A DNA stretch of 64,000 nucleotides from Tubulanus polymorphus (GCF_964204645.1 NC_134029.1:21570950-21634949), one strand, 5' to 3'; shown: positions 36,101 through 50,372, counted from the first letter of the stretch. The notes: generated by a model from the sequence alone, not told the origin. Translations and numbers: made by a program.

Positions 36101-39100
36101 ATACGGGAAAAACGACCGAACCGGAGTCCTGTTCTAGTCGGTCTTATATACATTCCAGTATGGCGGTGGCGGCGAAGACTTTACCTGAAAATCACGATAC
36201 GTCGAACCGATCTCCGGATAGTTGCGTCGTGAACTCGAATACGAGTGGACTGTCTCCTAATCCCTGTGATACCACGCAATCATTAGACTCGTCGGTGGCC
36301 GCGAGCGTTTTACCGTCGCGCTCGGCTGAATCTCCGCCCGCGAAAAAACGTCCGCGCGGCCGCCCGCGTAAACACTCGATCGCGAAACCTATCGAGCGCC
36401 ACCGTACGCCGCATGTCGAGGCGGATAGTTTGAATAGTTCGCCGCGTTGTAACGATCTCGTTCATAGTACGTCGCAAAACGAAACTGATTCGTTCGCGGT
36501 GGCGCCACCGCCGTCCGGAAAACAACGCTCGAAAACGCCGACGTCATCGGCTGCGAGCGTCAGCGATAATCATATCTCCAGCACGGTCGATAATATATTC
36601 GATCGCATGTACCCGGCGAGCAGCTCGACGACGAACGATCATCATCGACGGCGCCACCTACAGGAGAACGACGACCGCGCGAGCTGCGGCTCGAAACGCG
36701 AACACCGCAAAGTGACGTTGAGTTCGTTCGTGAAAGATTCGATGGTTTCGTCGTTGTTGAAAAAACGACGCGGACGCCCGCCGAAACAGACGCGGACGTC
36801 GACGGAAACGAGCGTCGCCGGTTCGGAGGAGGTGAACGTATCGTCGTCGACGGACGGACGGTCGACGTCGATATCGTCGGGCTCGTCGTTTTTTAAACTC
36901 GATCGTAAACCGAAATCGAACGAAGACGACGATATTTATCAGATCGTTCAAAAAGTGAAAGATTCGATCAGTTCGCAGTTCGATTCCGTCGACGATCACG
37001 ATTTCGACAACGGCGCCGGCGGCGATAAGGACGCTTCGGTCGTACGGTCGGAATCGTCGCGGTTGTTAGGTTGCGACGTCGTCGACGTGCCGAAATTAGA
37101 CATCGTCGAAATCGAACGTTTAACCGAGAACGACGCTGTTAACGGCGGCGACGATCGGAAAATACGAAATAATAAAAACGCGGATAAACCGAAACCGAAG
37201 TATAAGCCGAAAGTACACGTTATGATGCGACATCGAAAACGTCGCAAACGAAAACCGAAAATATCGACAGAAGTCGAAGATACCGCGGCGACGTTACCGG
37301 TGGAGACGGATTATAAACAATCGGCAGATCGTAACGTTACTGAGAATAATAGTATTATTTTAGCGTCTGAAAACGAAAATGCGGCGACGTTAGACGAAAA
37401 AGAAGATCCTAGTAGAAGCCCGTGCAGTACGAAAATACAACAAGAACCGTCGGTGCCCGCATCTGTTCCTAGTGGTATTAGATCTATGCAAGACGACGTT
37501 ACGATTCTCGACGATACGGAAATATCTGATAAATTATGCGAGATAAGCTCGTCGACGAGTTCGCAGTTTACGTCGTCGTCGTCAATCTGCGATTCCCCGG
37601 TCGAAAAATCGAAAAGTTTGAGCGTCAACCTCCCGGCTGAAGCGATTCGAAAAGGCGACGATACGCCGCGTGCTGACGTTAAAGATACCGGGTTCCTCGA
37701 TTTAGGGAATAGTTACGAGTCGTTTAAGGATAAGAACGTCGCCAGCAGCGGTCGAAGTCCGCGCTCGTGCGAAAGCGTTTGTAGTTCTAGTACGTTTAAC
37801 GAATCAAAATCTCGCGTAGTTGTCGACGAAGGAGCGGATTACGCGGCTAGTAAAAATACCGGATCTTACGGTTACCCGGTGTTGAATATCTGTACGAAAA
37901 ATCATCAGCACCATCGGAAAAAAATCAAGCCGAAATTATTGAAATCCAAACACAGGAATATAATCGATCCCGTTCTGTTGGAAGACGTTCACGAAGTAAC
38001 GTCGGCGTTCGACGGTTTGTTGATCGGTGAATCTAGGTCGCCGTCTGCTCCGACCGAGCTGTCCGAGTTGCCGGATATATTCCAACAGAAGACGTTCATC
38101 GTCAGTCGACGACGGCGAGAATATCTGTCGGCAAAAACAATCAAACGCGATTACAAACACGTGAAAGATCAGGAGCTGCGATTGCAAGAGAAACTGCGAC
38201 GAAATCGTAAAGATTCGTCGTTGAAACGAAAACGTTCGTCGGAGAATCGCGCCAGCGACGACGACGCGGGAAGCGATCCGTTAACCAGTCCGGAAAGTTC
38301 AACGTCGGCGTCGGTCGATAAAGAGCATTGTTTGCCGTTGAAAAAACGTCATAAGTTCATCATGTCGTCAGACGGCGAAGGAGAACCGCGAAAACCAGGA
38401 CGACCGAGGAAGATCACCTCTAGTAAGCCTCTCTACACAGCATTTCAGAAAATATGATACAACGGCTTTAATTTGTAATTCTAAATAATTAACCCTTTCA
38501 GTACTACACCCAAAGGTGCTGGAGATAATTTTAAAATTTAAAAGAATTCCACCCTAATGCTTTGAATATTGGGCATAAGAGTCCATGTATACACCGCATT
38601 GAGGTGAAGATGCACTGAAAGGGTTAAGACGATATCTTAAAAATCTTATTGAGTATTTATCAAGTATAGGATGTCCACTCAAGCACGACTGTGTTTAGAC
38701 AAAAGCCAGTCTATATAATTTTCTGAAACACACTAGTAATTTTGTCTTGATTCATTTCAATTATAAGAACTAGATGATTATTAGATGATTTTATTGTGCT
38801 ATTTATTTCAGGTCATGAAAAGTCTTCGAAGACCGAGTCATCGACCGATGATAGAAATATGGACGATAAAAACACTAGCAGTCCGGATATACCGATTAAA
38901 AGACCGAGAGGCCGTCCTCCTAAATGTAAATCAAGCTATCACGATAGCTTGTTAGCTTACAACAAACGTGGCCGCAAACCGAAATGGTGGCACGATCAAA
39001 AAGCTTTGGAAATGATGAAAAAGACTACTCCTTCGAGGCCAGTCGGTCGGCCAAAAAAATCAACTCCAAAAGATGAGGTTAAAGACGGCGGCAATAAAAA

Positions 39101-42100
39101 GGAGTTGATCTGTTCATCGACGCAAACAGACACGGACGAGATATTCGTATCGGAAGACTGGAGATCGATTGCGGAGGCGGCCGTTCGAATTGTGTCGAGT
39201 AGCTCGGACGCGAGCGCCGATCCGAGTCCGCGCGATTCGAAGAAAAAACTCGCCACCGATCATATCAAACGTTTCCAATCGGAGTTCGAACAGTTCTTGT
39301 CGAAAAATAAACAAACGTTAAACGCGATGGCCAGTCCGCAGAAAACGCAAATTCAAAGTTTGTTTTCGTCGTTGCGGCAGACGACGACTAAAGAAGCGGC
39401 GCCACCTACGAAACAATCGTCGTGTCGAAATCTATTCGACAATCACGTTTTCGGCGAATTGAAGTTCAAAAGCGTTTCAAATGATCGGAGGGATGTGTCA
39501 TCCGAGGGTACTGTTTGCGTTAATGACTCGTTGCATTCGTCCTCAGATAAAGCTGCTGCTGCTGTTGCTGCTGCAAATGACGATAACTGTGAAAAGTGCG
39601 AAAAACTACAAGAGCCGCCGAAATATCGCAAACAGAAGAAATCAAAACCAAAATCTGAAACGAAAGAAAAATTGATCGCGAACAATCCTAAGAAACGGCC
39701 GAGAGGACGACCGCCGTCCAAGTTAAAGAAATACAGTAAAAAGACGCATATGGATGTGAAAGGTCGTAAATTGATCAAACATTCGCGAAAAAACGTCATG
39801 CCCTTACTTTCATCGGTGATCGACGACGTACTGGCGAAGGCGGATGATACTCACCTGCCAGAGGACAGTTCTGATTATTCGAGCGACGACGGCGACGCGG
39901 CCGAGAATCGAGAATATCGACCGCTGCCGAAATCTGAACGCAAACGAAAATCGTCGTCGCCTCCGATGAAAATCATCCGCAAAAAATATCGCAAATTAAA
40001 CCAAGAGTAAGTTGAAAATAATCGATTGAGTTGATTGATGTCGTTGTCTATGAAGTTATAAGACTCCCAATATGATGGTCTTACAAAAAAATCTGAACTT
40101 AACCTGACATTTCGGATCAGATCATATTTCACCTTCTTCAGAGATTAAATTGTAATGAAATTTTAAATGATTCTAAACATTTTAAAAACGAATCTATGAA
40201 GTTGGATATGAAGTAATCAATACGAAATATCCGGTTAACAGATTTTGTTGTTAGATCTTCGATCGGTGTCCTGTTTTACGGGAAAAAAATTAGAATTTAT
40301 TAAGGTTTACTGAAGTAAACAAACTACTGTCGATATCCAGGGGTCCTTAGTTGGTTTCAACTGGTCTTTGAACGTTGTCGCGGCCGTCTCAAAAGCTATT
40401 GATCACGAACCGTGTTGACATTTAAATGAAGACAACAAAGTATTGCCTAGGTGTGATGAAAAAAGAATGATATTAAAGGTTATCGGCTCGCGAGGTCACG
40501 ATTTGTATATTTTTAAGTTTCCCGGAAGGTACCGAGTAGTTTTATCCGCGTTATTGAATTTTAGTTGCCGTCTGAAAAGGTGTGGCTGCTCAAAGTTACC
40601 CGGGTGTCTACATTAAAATAGATTCATTGGAATTCTGCCAGTAGATGAAGCAAATAAACTGTCTTATAAAGAAAGGCAATAATACTTTAAAATATTGAGC
40701 TTTTTCGACGGGAAAACATTTGATTGCGACGTATATCGAAACAGATATATTTGATTAATGTTATACTTAGATTCCTATATAGATCTGATGTATATAGAGT
40801 CTTATATTAGCCTTATTGATCGGTGGTGCAGATGTTATCGACGTGTTTGATCAGGGTTTACCGAGAATAAATCAATGATTTCTGTTCAGTCCGAAACAGG
40901 TGCGGACTACGGTTTATTTAGAGTACAGATGAACGTGTATTGATTATTTTATGTTTTTTTTTTTCGAAATTTCAGATTGTCGTCTGCCGTGAACTACCGC
41001 GCGATTAACAAACGAGAGCCGCGTAAACGATACCAACGTGCCGGTATCTACTCCGATACGTTCAAACGCGAAGAGTTAGTATTCGGATCATCGTTTCCCT
41101 GACAACCCGACAGACAATACGTTATTTATATCTATCCGAATGTTTGATAGGGTTTGCGTTAAAACAGTATTCACCACTTACTTATAAAGTACCGGGATAT
41201 ACATAACAATTGTCTGATTGGCATTTGTTATTGTAATAGTTGAAGTAGTTGTTGAATGTGGCTTTCCATGGAAGACAAGATAAGCATCCTTCAAACATCC
41301 CGACACTGGCTGAGCTATTCTTTGAAGCTCATTAATTCGATAGTTTTTACAGTTTTACCGATAACTTCGTTGATACAAAGCACCCACTAGCCAAATCAAA
41401 ATGCTCATAATGCTTTTACTCAAAAAACATGGAAGCATCCAGGAATGAAGAATAGGGGGTCCAAGACTTGCTAGGCCTAGTTTTATATGTACATGGTACA
41501 TGACAGTTGGCGCCGTTAGGGTAAAACCTTAAGGGAGCTTGCCCCAAGAAAATTTGAAATATGGATTATTTTCTGAGCATCTAGAATGATTCCAAGGCAA
41601 AATGACAGCAACAATTTGCCACTGTAAATTTCGGGTTGTAAAGATGTTATCTTGGCAAGGAATAGGGGGGCCCAGATTGAGGCTGAAACTCAAGAATTTG
41701 ACGCTTTATCCCCTTCGGAAAAAGTCGCGTAGATTCTCACGCTTGTATTTATCGTATTGCAGGCCTCAGAGAGTGTTAGATATCGGAAAAAATGTCAAAC
41801 CATTATACGATCCATCAGAGCATCCGCATGGCTTACTCCCGTTACCGGTTCATATGGGTCATTACATGTTCAAGAAAAAATCACGCGAATTTCATTTGCC
41901 ATATGATATCTGGTGGCAACATGAACAAGGTCTGGTACGTATCAATTACACGCGGTAATGGGATCCGTATTTTTAAAACATAACCATCCTGAAAGATGAG
42001 AGATTTGTGACTGTTTGTTTGTGAATTTTTCTTCAGTTGAATAAAAATGCGAAACCATCCGCTCCGAAATATCGACGCCTTAAAAACAGTAAGTATTCAT

Positions 42101-45100
42101 CGATTAACCACGCAATAGAAAAAAATGAGTTTTCGAAAAATGTGTTTTCTGTTTTCATAAAAACTCCCGGCCCGGTTTTATGCTGGTATCATCTTTAACC
42201 TGCGGGGCTAACTCGGTTTATTTTCAATTGAACTAACCCCCGGTTAAAGATATAAAACTGGGCCCAGGTGCTTGCGTATTATAATTGCATGTTTACTTTG
42301 TGTTTTGTTAGATGTGTATGTTGATGTGAAACCGAACTGTAAATACGAGCCACACCCATGTCAATGCGTCAAACCAACTGAGCCCGACGCTATTGGTTGT
42401 ATCGACGATGATTGCCACAACAGGTACGTACATCGATCGATCGACCGACCGTTGGAATCGTTCATCTGTCAATCATTCAAATCAATCCGTATTCTCCGTT
42501 TTTAGAATGGTCTACACGGAATGTCCGATTAATATGTGTCCGTGCGAGGAGAAATGCGGAAATCAACGAATCGCTAAATTTCAGTGGGCGCCGCAACTCG
42601 AGAAATTTCAAACTAAAGACCGCGGAATCGGCATCCGAACTAAAGCTTCTATTAAAACAGGTATTTGCCTCGTTATAGTTAGTGCCAGCGAAATGCCGAT
42701 CTGAAGCTCTGCTGCTAAAACGTTCGTTAAAGATAACCGGCTGATGAATACCATAGTAACAACAGGGTCCAGTTCCACAGTTCCGAGTTAAGATTTAAAT
42801 CTGAGTTAACTCATCGAGAATGAACTACCCGGGTCCAGTTCCACAGTTCTGAGCTTTGACTTAAGATTTGACTCTGAGTTAACTCATCGAGAATGAACTA
42901 CCCGGGCCCAGTTCCACAGTTCTGAGCTTTGACTTAAGATTTGACTCTGAGTTACCTCATTGAAAATTAACTAACTTTAACTCAAGAGTTAACTCTAACT
43001 CACAACTGTGGAACTGGGTCCCGGTAATTAAGTCAGAGTTAACTCTATCTCACAACTGTGGAACTGGGTCCAGAGTTTTTAATTGTCACTACGTTAACTC
43101 TGACAAACTTTCGAGCAACTAGCCCCTACGTACTTCCTAAATGTCTCCTCTTTTCAAACTATAACTCTCGGCAACGAACGATGTAGTTTCGATCTCTGTT
43201 GTTTTAGGTTCGTATATTTTGGAGTATGTCGGCGAAGTGGTCAGCGAGCAAGAGTTTCGTCGACGTATGATGACCGAATACACGTCCGAATGTCACCATT
43301 ATTGTCTCGATTTGGACAGCGGTATGGTCATAGACGGTTACAGAATGGGCAGCATAGGTAGATTCGTGAATCATTCGTGTCAACCGAATTCAGAAATGCA
43401 GAAATGGTAAGTGTTGGTGAACCGAGTTATACGGGGAGGGGGGCTTTTAATCTTATATTTTGACATTTCTGTAGATTAGACAGTTAGATCTGTAAAACAG
43501 TTTATTTTCCTGACCGTTTCGAGGCTTTAACTTAGCCCCATCATCGGAGGAACAAAAACTATTAAAACTGATCGGGGCTTAGTTAAAGCCTCAAAACTGT
43601 CAGGAAAATAAACTGTTTTACAGATCTAACTGTGGGTTTTTATTTGTTAACTCTACACTGAGATAGATATCAGTTAATTGCAGTCATTTCTGTATTTGTT
43701 TATTTAATTTAGGCAAGTGAATGGTCAATATCGTATCGGATTGTTCGCGCTGTGCGATATCCCGGCGAATTCTGAGTTAACTTACGACTACAATTTCCAT
43801 TCCTTCAACTTGGACGCTCAGGTACGCTAGTGATTGCGATATGAACTCTTCTATGGCTAATGACTGTTTCAACGTGGTTCATAGCTCAGTCAGTTTTAGT
43901 AGTACCTACCTGATATTAGTGTTGATATTAAATGACTGGTACAAATGTGAGCAGCTGTACTTGATCCATTTTATACCTATTGAAGGATTGCTAAAAAATC
44001 TCCTTTTAATGGAGTTGAATAGAGAAAAGTCACTACCAAAACTGTTATGGCACCTGATGCCCTTTCAAACAAGTTGAAATAGACAGTGAGTCGATTCTTT
44101 AGTAGAGATGATGTCAATTCGTTATTACTCTTTGAATTACAGCAAGAATGTAAATGCGGCAGCACGCAGTGTCGCGGCGTAGTCGGCGGTCGAACGAAAC
44201 GCGTCAACGGTCAACCGAAAGAAAAGTCGAAATCCGCCGATACGAAACTGACCGATAAACGCAAGTCGAAGTCGAAATTGAAAAAACTCAAAAAGGACAA
44301 AGAGCAGGTGATTATTACTTTCTGAGAACGGAATTCTTGTACTTCACATGGCCTACTCTGTCATAGTTCGGTACAACTGCATTTAATGATATTGCTGATA
44401 GTTGGAAAATCGGACTAGTTCCATGGAATTTCTAGGTCTTGAATTTTTCAGTTCATTTCCCTAATAGAATCTCTCTCCAAGGCCAGATTTTAGAATCAGA
44501 TACTCGCCAAATATTTTATCCCTATGAGTCTGAAATAAAGTAAATAACATTCCCTAAGTCGACGATGTCGTATAGTTGCCTGGTTGGTTAGTTTCTCCCT
44601 GAAAGATAATCCTTTATAGAAAGCATCGTGGATTTTAATTTTCATACATTGAATTTTTTCTATAAATCTCCCTGAACCTGACTTACTCATAGTTGGATGT
44701 ATTTTGCTGGTCCAAGTTTAATTTTCATGCGTCCGTTATTTCAGTGTGAATCGACGTCGATGCCGTCGTATTTTACGCCGATGAAACCGTTGTCTCATCG
44801 TGAACAATGCTTCATACAGAAACACGGCGTCTGCTTGTTGCGCAATCTCGAGAAAGTTCGTCGTATCCGACAACGTTTACTGAAAACGCAAGAAAAACAA
44901 CCAGACGACGATGATTTCATCCGAGACAAAGAAAAAGGTTCGTTCCGTCGGGAGCTGCTGATTGTTCCCGATCTTCAGCATTTTGTTACTATTCTATAAT
45001 GAGAAATACTGATGTGATTTGTTTGATATTGTACAAAATTGTGAAAGATGTAACTGGGAGTCCTATTGATTACTAGATAATAAAAATAGAAGAATTTGGG

Positions 45101-48100
45101 TGTAAATTCATTAAGGCCATTTCAACAAGATATTTTGACTTTTCGGCTTTGTGATTGGGACATATATTTGAATATTTTTTCGTGACTCATTGCAAAATTT
45201 TACCTCGACAGAATTTATAGAGATGTTGGCAGGGAGCCCTGTCTGTCGTGAATCGCTTTAAATGTTACTAGACCACTTGCACTTTGAGTTTCAGTATGAT
45301 TATTGATAATTTACGTTTTTATTTTTAGATGCGTTTCTGTCTCAGTTTATGGCGTTGAAAACGTCGCGTTCGGTGAAAACTCGACGACTCGCGTTCGCCG
45401 AGGAGAATACAGAACTGACTCGTACGGCGAAACTAGCTCAAGTGTTTAAAGACATCTTCCAGAGATTGGCTTCGATGAAGGATGAAGATGGAAACACTAT
45501 CTGCACTCCGCTGATGGTTCTACCATCTCGGAAAAAGTGAGTATTTTCCTCCCTAACCCTTACAGTGCTTCAGTTCTACACAGCAGTACGGTATATAAAT
45601 CAGTGATGGACTTTGCTAGTACACCGCAATGTGGTGGATTGAATAGTACTGGTGATTAATATTTATCTCTATTGAAAAATTGCAGCACCTGTCAAACACA
45701 GTGAAATATAAGTAACTTAGGATATACCGTGAAGTGTAGAGGCACTATAGCAGTATGCTTATTATTCAACACAATGGGGTGGATTTTTTTAGAATTTTCA
45801 AATTATCTCCAGCACTTTGGGGTATTGATTGGTTAGCACTGAATGGGTTAATAGAAAACTGTCCTTCAGTAGTTTGTAATGACTCTGTCTTGATTTCTAT
45901 CGCAGGCATTCTGACTATTACACGATGATTAAAGAGCCGATAACTATGACGAATATCAAAGGGAAGATACTGTCCGGACAGTACAAACAAGTTGAACCAT
46001 TTGATGAAGACTTCAATAGATTATTCTCCAATGTCGAGGTTAGTTAAGACCAGTTCAAAATTAGCCATTGAAATGTCAGTGATTTCTTGGAAATGAATAT
46101 CAGGGTTTTTAAAGATCAAGAAAATCAGGGAATTCCAGATTTATTTTTTCCTTCAGAGAAAATGGAGAATTTTGAGTCCTCTTGTAAAATCAGGGAATTT
46201 TAATTTTTGGTGTCTCATTCTTGGAACCTCTTGAGAAAAAACAGCCCTGCTGATGACACCTTATGATTAAATCGGGGAATCTTTGGTCAAGGGTCTAGGA
46301 AGTATATTTGGAGTCCCTGATTCGTAAGAACCCTGGAACTCATTTTAACTAGAATCAAACTTAACTGTCCTGGATGTGAGTTTTGTCATGAAATACGGAA
46401 TTCTTTTTTACAGAAATACTGCGGTAAACGATCTCCAATGGGACTAGTTATTCAACAACTACGCGAAGTATTCAGCAACGCACGAATCGAAATGACGAAT
46501 CGTATCGAAGAGGTTCTATCGGACGGCGTTTCATCAACTCCGTCTGTTCGTTCAACGAGTAGTACACCTATTCCGACAATAGATGTCAGCGATGTGAACA
46601 GCGAACGTACTACGACTGACTCCGAGGTGTCCGAAGGTTGGTACCAGTCGAATATATGATAGCTCGGTATAAATAATGGCAAGACTTAATAAATATTTGA
46701 TGATATTCTTTTTTTGTTTTCGCAGAGTTGATGAAGAAAGATGAAGAAGACGCCGATGAAGAAGAGGAAATAATACGATGCATTTGCAATATTTATAGAG
46801 ATGAAGGGGTGATGATACAGTGCGAGAAATGTTTGGTAAGTCAAAAAATATTTCAGGTGTCATACAATCTCTATTCGCTCAGATACCCTTAACCATATTC
46901 AAACACCAAGCTGTAGGCCTATCCTTCAAAGAAACATACATGTCTTTGATTGTTATGAACTCCATCAAATAGGTGCTTTATAAGTGTCAGTTAAGCCAAG
47001 CTCAGGTCGACTTATGACCCGTCATAAAAACAGCAGTCGTACACACGAGACCGCTGATTGCTGATTCGTTTGTTTCATGATGTTAGAGCACTCGGGTTGA
47101 CTTGACTGCTTTAGATCCGATGATCTGATCGGCTCTTAGTCAACCTGAGTTAGGCTTTATTATCTTGCAAACTATAGTAATATTATATAATTTGCAAAAT
47201 ATAATTATTGAGGAAACCCGGTAATCAATCAATGATCTCTATAAAGCTCTTACCCATTTTCAAATGTTTCTCGTTAATATTGCAGCGATGGCAACATTGT
47301 GAATGTATGAAAGCCACCGGAGACGAAGAGAATTACATGTGCGAGCTATGCGACGAAAAGAAGGTAATGAGTCCGGAAATCGAGTTATCACCTCAGCCGG
47401 ACGACGCCACTCCCGGTCACGTTTACTACATGTCGTTGTTACGAGATGAATTACAGCTGAGAATCGGCGATACGGTTTACTTGATGAGAGACGGACCGCG
47501 GAATATCGACGGAAACGCGGTCAGAACTTCATATCGCGCGGCCCTGAATACCAGCCCCGATAAACTGGACGTGTTTAGAATAGAACGACTGTGGAAAGAT
47601 GAAAAGTGAGTTCCTCTCCCGATATAGAATATCTTTCGTAGTGTTATGATATGTATAGGACACCACAATAACGTAAAAGATGATATGTAGTCCAAAAATG
47701 TTTCCTCGAGCTAGTCGTTTATTCAACGTTTTTACTTTATTCTGATAGTCATCTTCAGGAATACCGATAGTTATGATACTTTCATTGGTTTCAGCTAGTA
47801 ACAAAAATCTGTATATTTTTCAGCGGAGAACGATTTGCATTGGGTCATCACTATTTACGTCCTCATGAAACATTCCATGAACCGACAAGAAAATTTTTCA
47901 CGAACGAGGTAAAATTGACTGTTGAAATGATACATGTTCTTAGATGAAAATCAGTTAAAACTTGTCCGAAACAGACTGATTGTTGAAGTGAATTTAAACT
48001 CCGGAGATAGATCGAAGTACTACTTTTGACAAATTAAGGGTATTAATGATCATTGAAAAAGGCATATTTGGAAGCATATATTAAAGATTTTGCCTTTGAA

Positions 48101-50372
48101 TATTTATGGATGGGTTAGGTGCATTTTACAGCTTTTTCGATTAGAAAACTTTTCCTCATCTTACCAATAATGCAAGAGAAGCTTATAAGATTCCATATAA
48201 AAAGGCAGTAAAAAGAACAAAATTCATTCAGAAAAAGACAACTCAAAATATTTGAAGGTCTCTAAAAATCATGTACCGTTATATATTTCGATTTCTTTAG
48301 GTTTTCCGTGTGCCAATCTATGAAATAATCCCGTTGGAATCTATAGTCGGTTTGTGCCTGGTTCTGGACCTGAATACGTATTGTAAAGGTCGCCCTAAAG
48401 GCACGAAGGGTCAAGATGTTTATATTTGTGAATATCGTTTGGATAAAACGGCACATCTATTCTACAAGATATGTAAAAACAAGTAAGTGAAATGAGTATT
48501 AGTTTCATATTCCAGGTCTGTAGCGTGAGGAATATGCGGGTGGTTCGTTTCTGATATGGTCTAGGGCTGCAAAATCTTTGAAACTGTGATGTTCACGTAA
48601 TCATACCCTTTGAGCAATTTTTGTTGATATCTCGAAGGTCCAAATAAATAAAAATATTTAATATAGATGTGTCAATTATGTTATAAGTGTAACATTACGG
48701 CTTAATAATTGTTTTTAACAGAAAAGGGGTGGAACTAGATTGTGTCCTTTCAAACCCTCTCTCCGATGCTATTGGCCTGTATTCTGTCCACAGTGGTGAC
48801 ACTTGTGTTCATTCATGCGTTGTATGGCTAAGCACTAGCATAGAACAGATGATTGTTCAGTTTCAGCCCATTCAAGTGACTTTGAATTGACGATCAATGA
48901 ACACAACATATGTGAACAGCATGACAGTGTGACCTGAACAGATGGACCGTAGTTGCGCAGTGCTATTCAATTAATGAATGTTTTGTTAGTAGTCGAATAG
49001 CCGAACTCACAATGTTTCGCAATTTTCTTTTCAGATATCTGATTAATACAAAGAGCTATTGCTTCGATCGTTTCGAAAAGAAATTAAACCCGAAAAGAAC
49101 CTATACAGTAAGTGATCGTGCGGATTTCGAGCAACCTCTCGACGTGAATGTATAAATGGGGTCATTCCAGGCTGGACATATAAAGCCACGTTCACACTAC
49201 GTTAATCATAAAATTCTCATGTCCATCGGTTCTGATTTAGAACAGACCAAACATTCACACTAGCGATAAGTCGATTCTAAAAAAGCACGTTTCACAATTT
49301 AGACCGACCAATTTAAGAACAGACCATTTCTATGTACCGTATGTGAATAAAAGTTTACTTTAATTGTCTGTCAATCATAGTATTTTGTGTCTAACTGGAC
49401 CAGTGATAACAGCTAATTTTAAAAACATGTCTGAACGCACAGCATTGATTTGGTCTACTTTAAGGTACAGGCCATATTAGAACGGACAAACTAGCAATAG
49501 TGAGATCAGTGAGTAACCCTAATGGATCATAAATTTTGATATTTGTTGTAGCCTCATACCGTACCGGATCAATATAAACGTCGTGTATTACACAGCGGTA
49601 GCACTAACTCCGATACGAGTTCAGTCACTAGTCAAACTACGCGCGACGAACTCTCAGAAACTCACGCCGGTTCAACTCGTAAAAACAAACTCAACAATGA
49701 CAGCGATTCCGGATCCGACTCCGATGAAGATATGCCGCTATCGAAAGTTCGCCAGGTCACATTGGAAGCATTGGTAAGCGCGTAAGGAAATCGCCTTTCT
49801 CTTAGGCTAAAAATAAATGATACCTTGTTTCTCATAATCGGCCGGTTCACTTAAGTAAATTGCAATAAAATTTTCTTAAGCTGCCGGGTCTGTTATTGTT
49901 AGCTTGATCATGATTTTAGAAAAAGTCATGTACAAGATTTATATGCAGCCGGCAGGTCAACTTTTAACAGAGATGTAAGACTCTCGTTTTTTGATGGAAT
50001 TCCTTTTTTTTTTTCATTTTCCTGGTAAAAAAAAGCTGTGAAATTGCATCTGAGAACACTTAAAATTTTAAAAATTTCCCAATTTTTTTGGATATTAACT
50101 ACTTTCTTTTTTTTTCCTTTGGCCACTTACTTCTCTGTTTTAAGCTCAGCAGAAACAACGTATCAATTTATTTTAGCCTTATCTATATTGTCGGATGTCT
50201 TAATCACCTGTTTCATTCTTTTTAGCGCAAGGAAAAACGCGCGAAATTGGACAAGTATTTGTTGAAAATGTTGTCGCAACAGCCGTCGAAACAAAGATTA
50301 GACGTAACCTATCTACTGGACGAGGGATGTGGAAAACGACCGCGAAAAAAGACCGTTTTACCGAATATGTGA
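30138..50372 (+). CDS. ASH1L: Histone H3K36 methyltransferase ASH1-like (complete)
   Basis: Exons 30138-30275, 35725-38422, 38812-40006, 40976-41074, 41763-41934, 42037-42088, 42312-42423, 42506-42660, 43208-43406, 43713-43821, 44143-44307, 44745-44937, 45329-45536, 45906-46038, 46414-46636, 46726-46835, 47286-47605, 47824-47908, 48301-48482, 49035-49107, 49552-49773, 50226-50372. Multiple AT-hooks (RGRP), [21 protein letters not shown]15-binding FHLP, AWS-SET ([16 protein letters not shown])-postSET, bromodomain, PHD, BAH. The first coding exon is less certain; a likely non-coding exon ends at 29340. Confidence 0.95.
30973..31054. promoter_or_regulatory. AP-1 site cluster in ASH1L intron
   Basis: Three perfect TGAGTCA at 30973, 31028 and 31048. 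Confidence 0.5.
38493..38623. mobile_element. piggyBac-type MITE
   Basis: TTAA-CCCTTTCAGT ... ACTGAAAGGG-TTAA with intact TTAA duplication. Confidence 0.8.
42169..42264. mobile_element. Small MITE
   Basis: GGCCCGGTTTTAT / ATAAAACTGGGCC inverted ends. Confidence 0.55.
42764..43072. mobile_element. MITE with reiterated termini, nested in an older MITE
   Basis: Three direct copies of GG(T/C)CCAGTTCCACAGTT followed by two inverted copies AACTGTGGAACTGGGTCC. Confidence 0.75.
43474..43684. mobile_element. Penelope-like element remnant: inverted repeat containing a minimal hammerhead ribozyme
   Basis: Arms 43480-43543 and 43571-43633; 10-bp flanking direct repeat CATTTCTGTA; minus strand reads TTCCT-CCGATGA-TGGGGC..GCCTC-GAAACGGTC-AGGAA. 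Confidence 0.7.
45557..45847. mobile_element. piggyBac-type MITE
   Basis: CTAA-CCCTTACAGTGCT ... AGCACTGAATGGG-TTAA. Confidence 0.7.
46101..46335. mobile_element. MITE with CAGGGTT TIR (hAT-like ends)
   Basis: CAGGGTTTTTA / TAAGAACCCTG ends and internal AAATCAGGGAATT repeats; no clear TSD. Confidence 0.5.
49184..49507 (+). mobile_element. Harbinger-like MITE; inverted relative at ~60595-60810
   Basis: AGCCACGTTCACACT end; GCACAGCATTGATTTGGTC and GGAC.AACTAGCAATAGT recur reverse-complemented near 60600-60675. Confidence 0.55.

Noticed and set aside
35796-39799. Many antisense and alternate-frame ORFs over ASH1L exons, also over SREBP exon 3 and 9031-9459
   Set aside because: Expected shadow ORFs from CG-rich codon usage; no recognisable domains or splice logic.
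42764-43072. CRISPR-like spaced repeats
   Set aside because: Intervening sequences are copies of each other, some repeats are inverted, the context is a eukaryotic intron and there are no cas genes.
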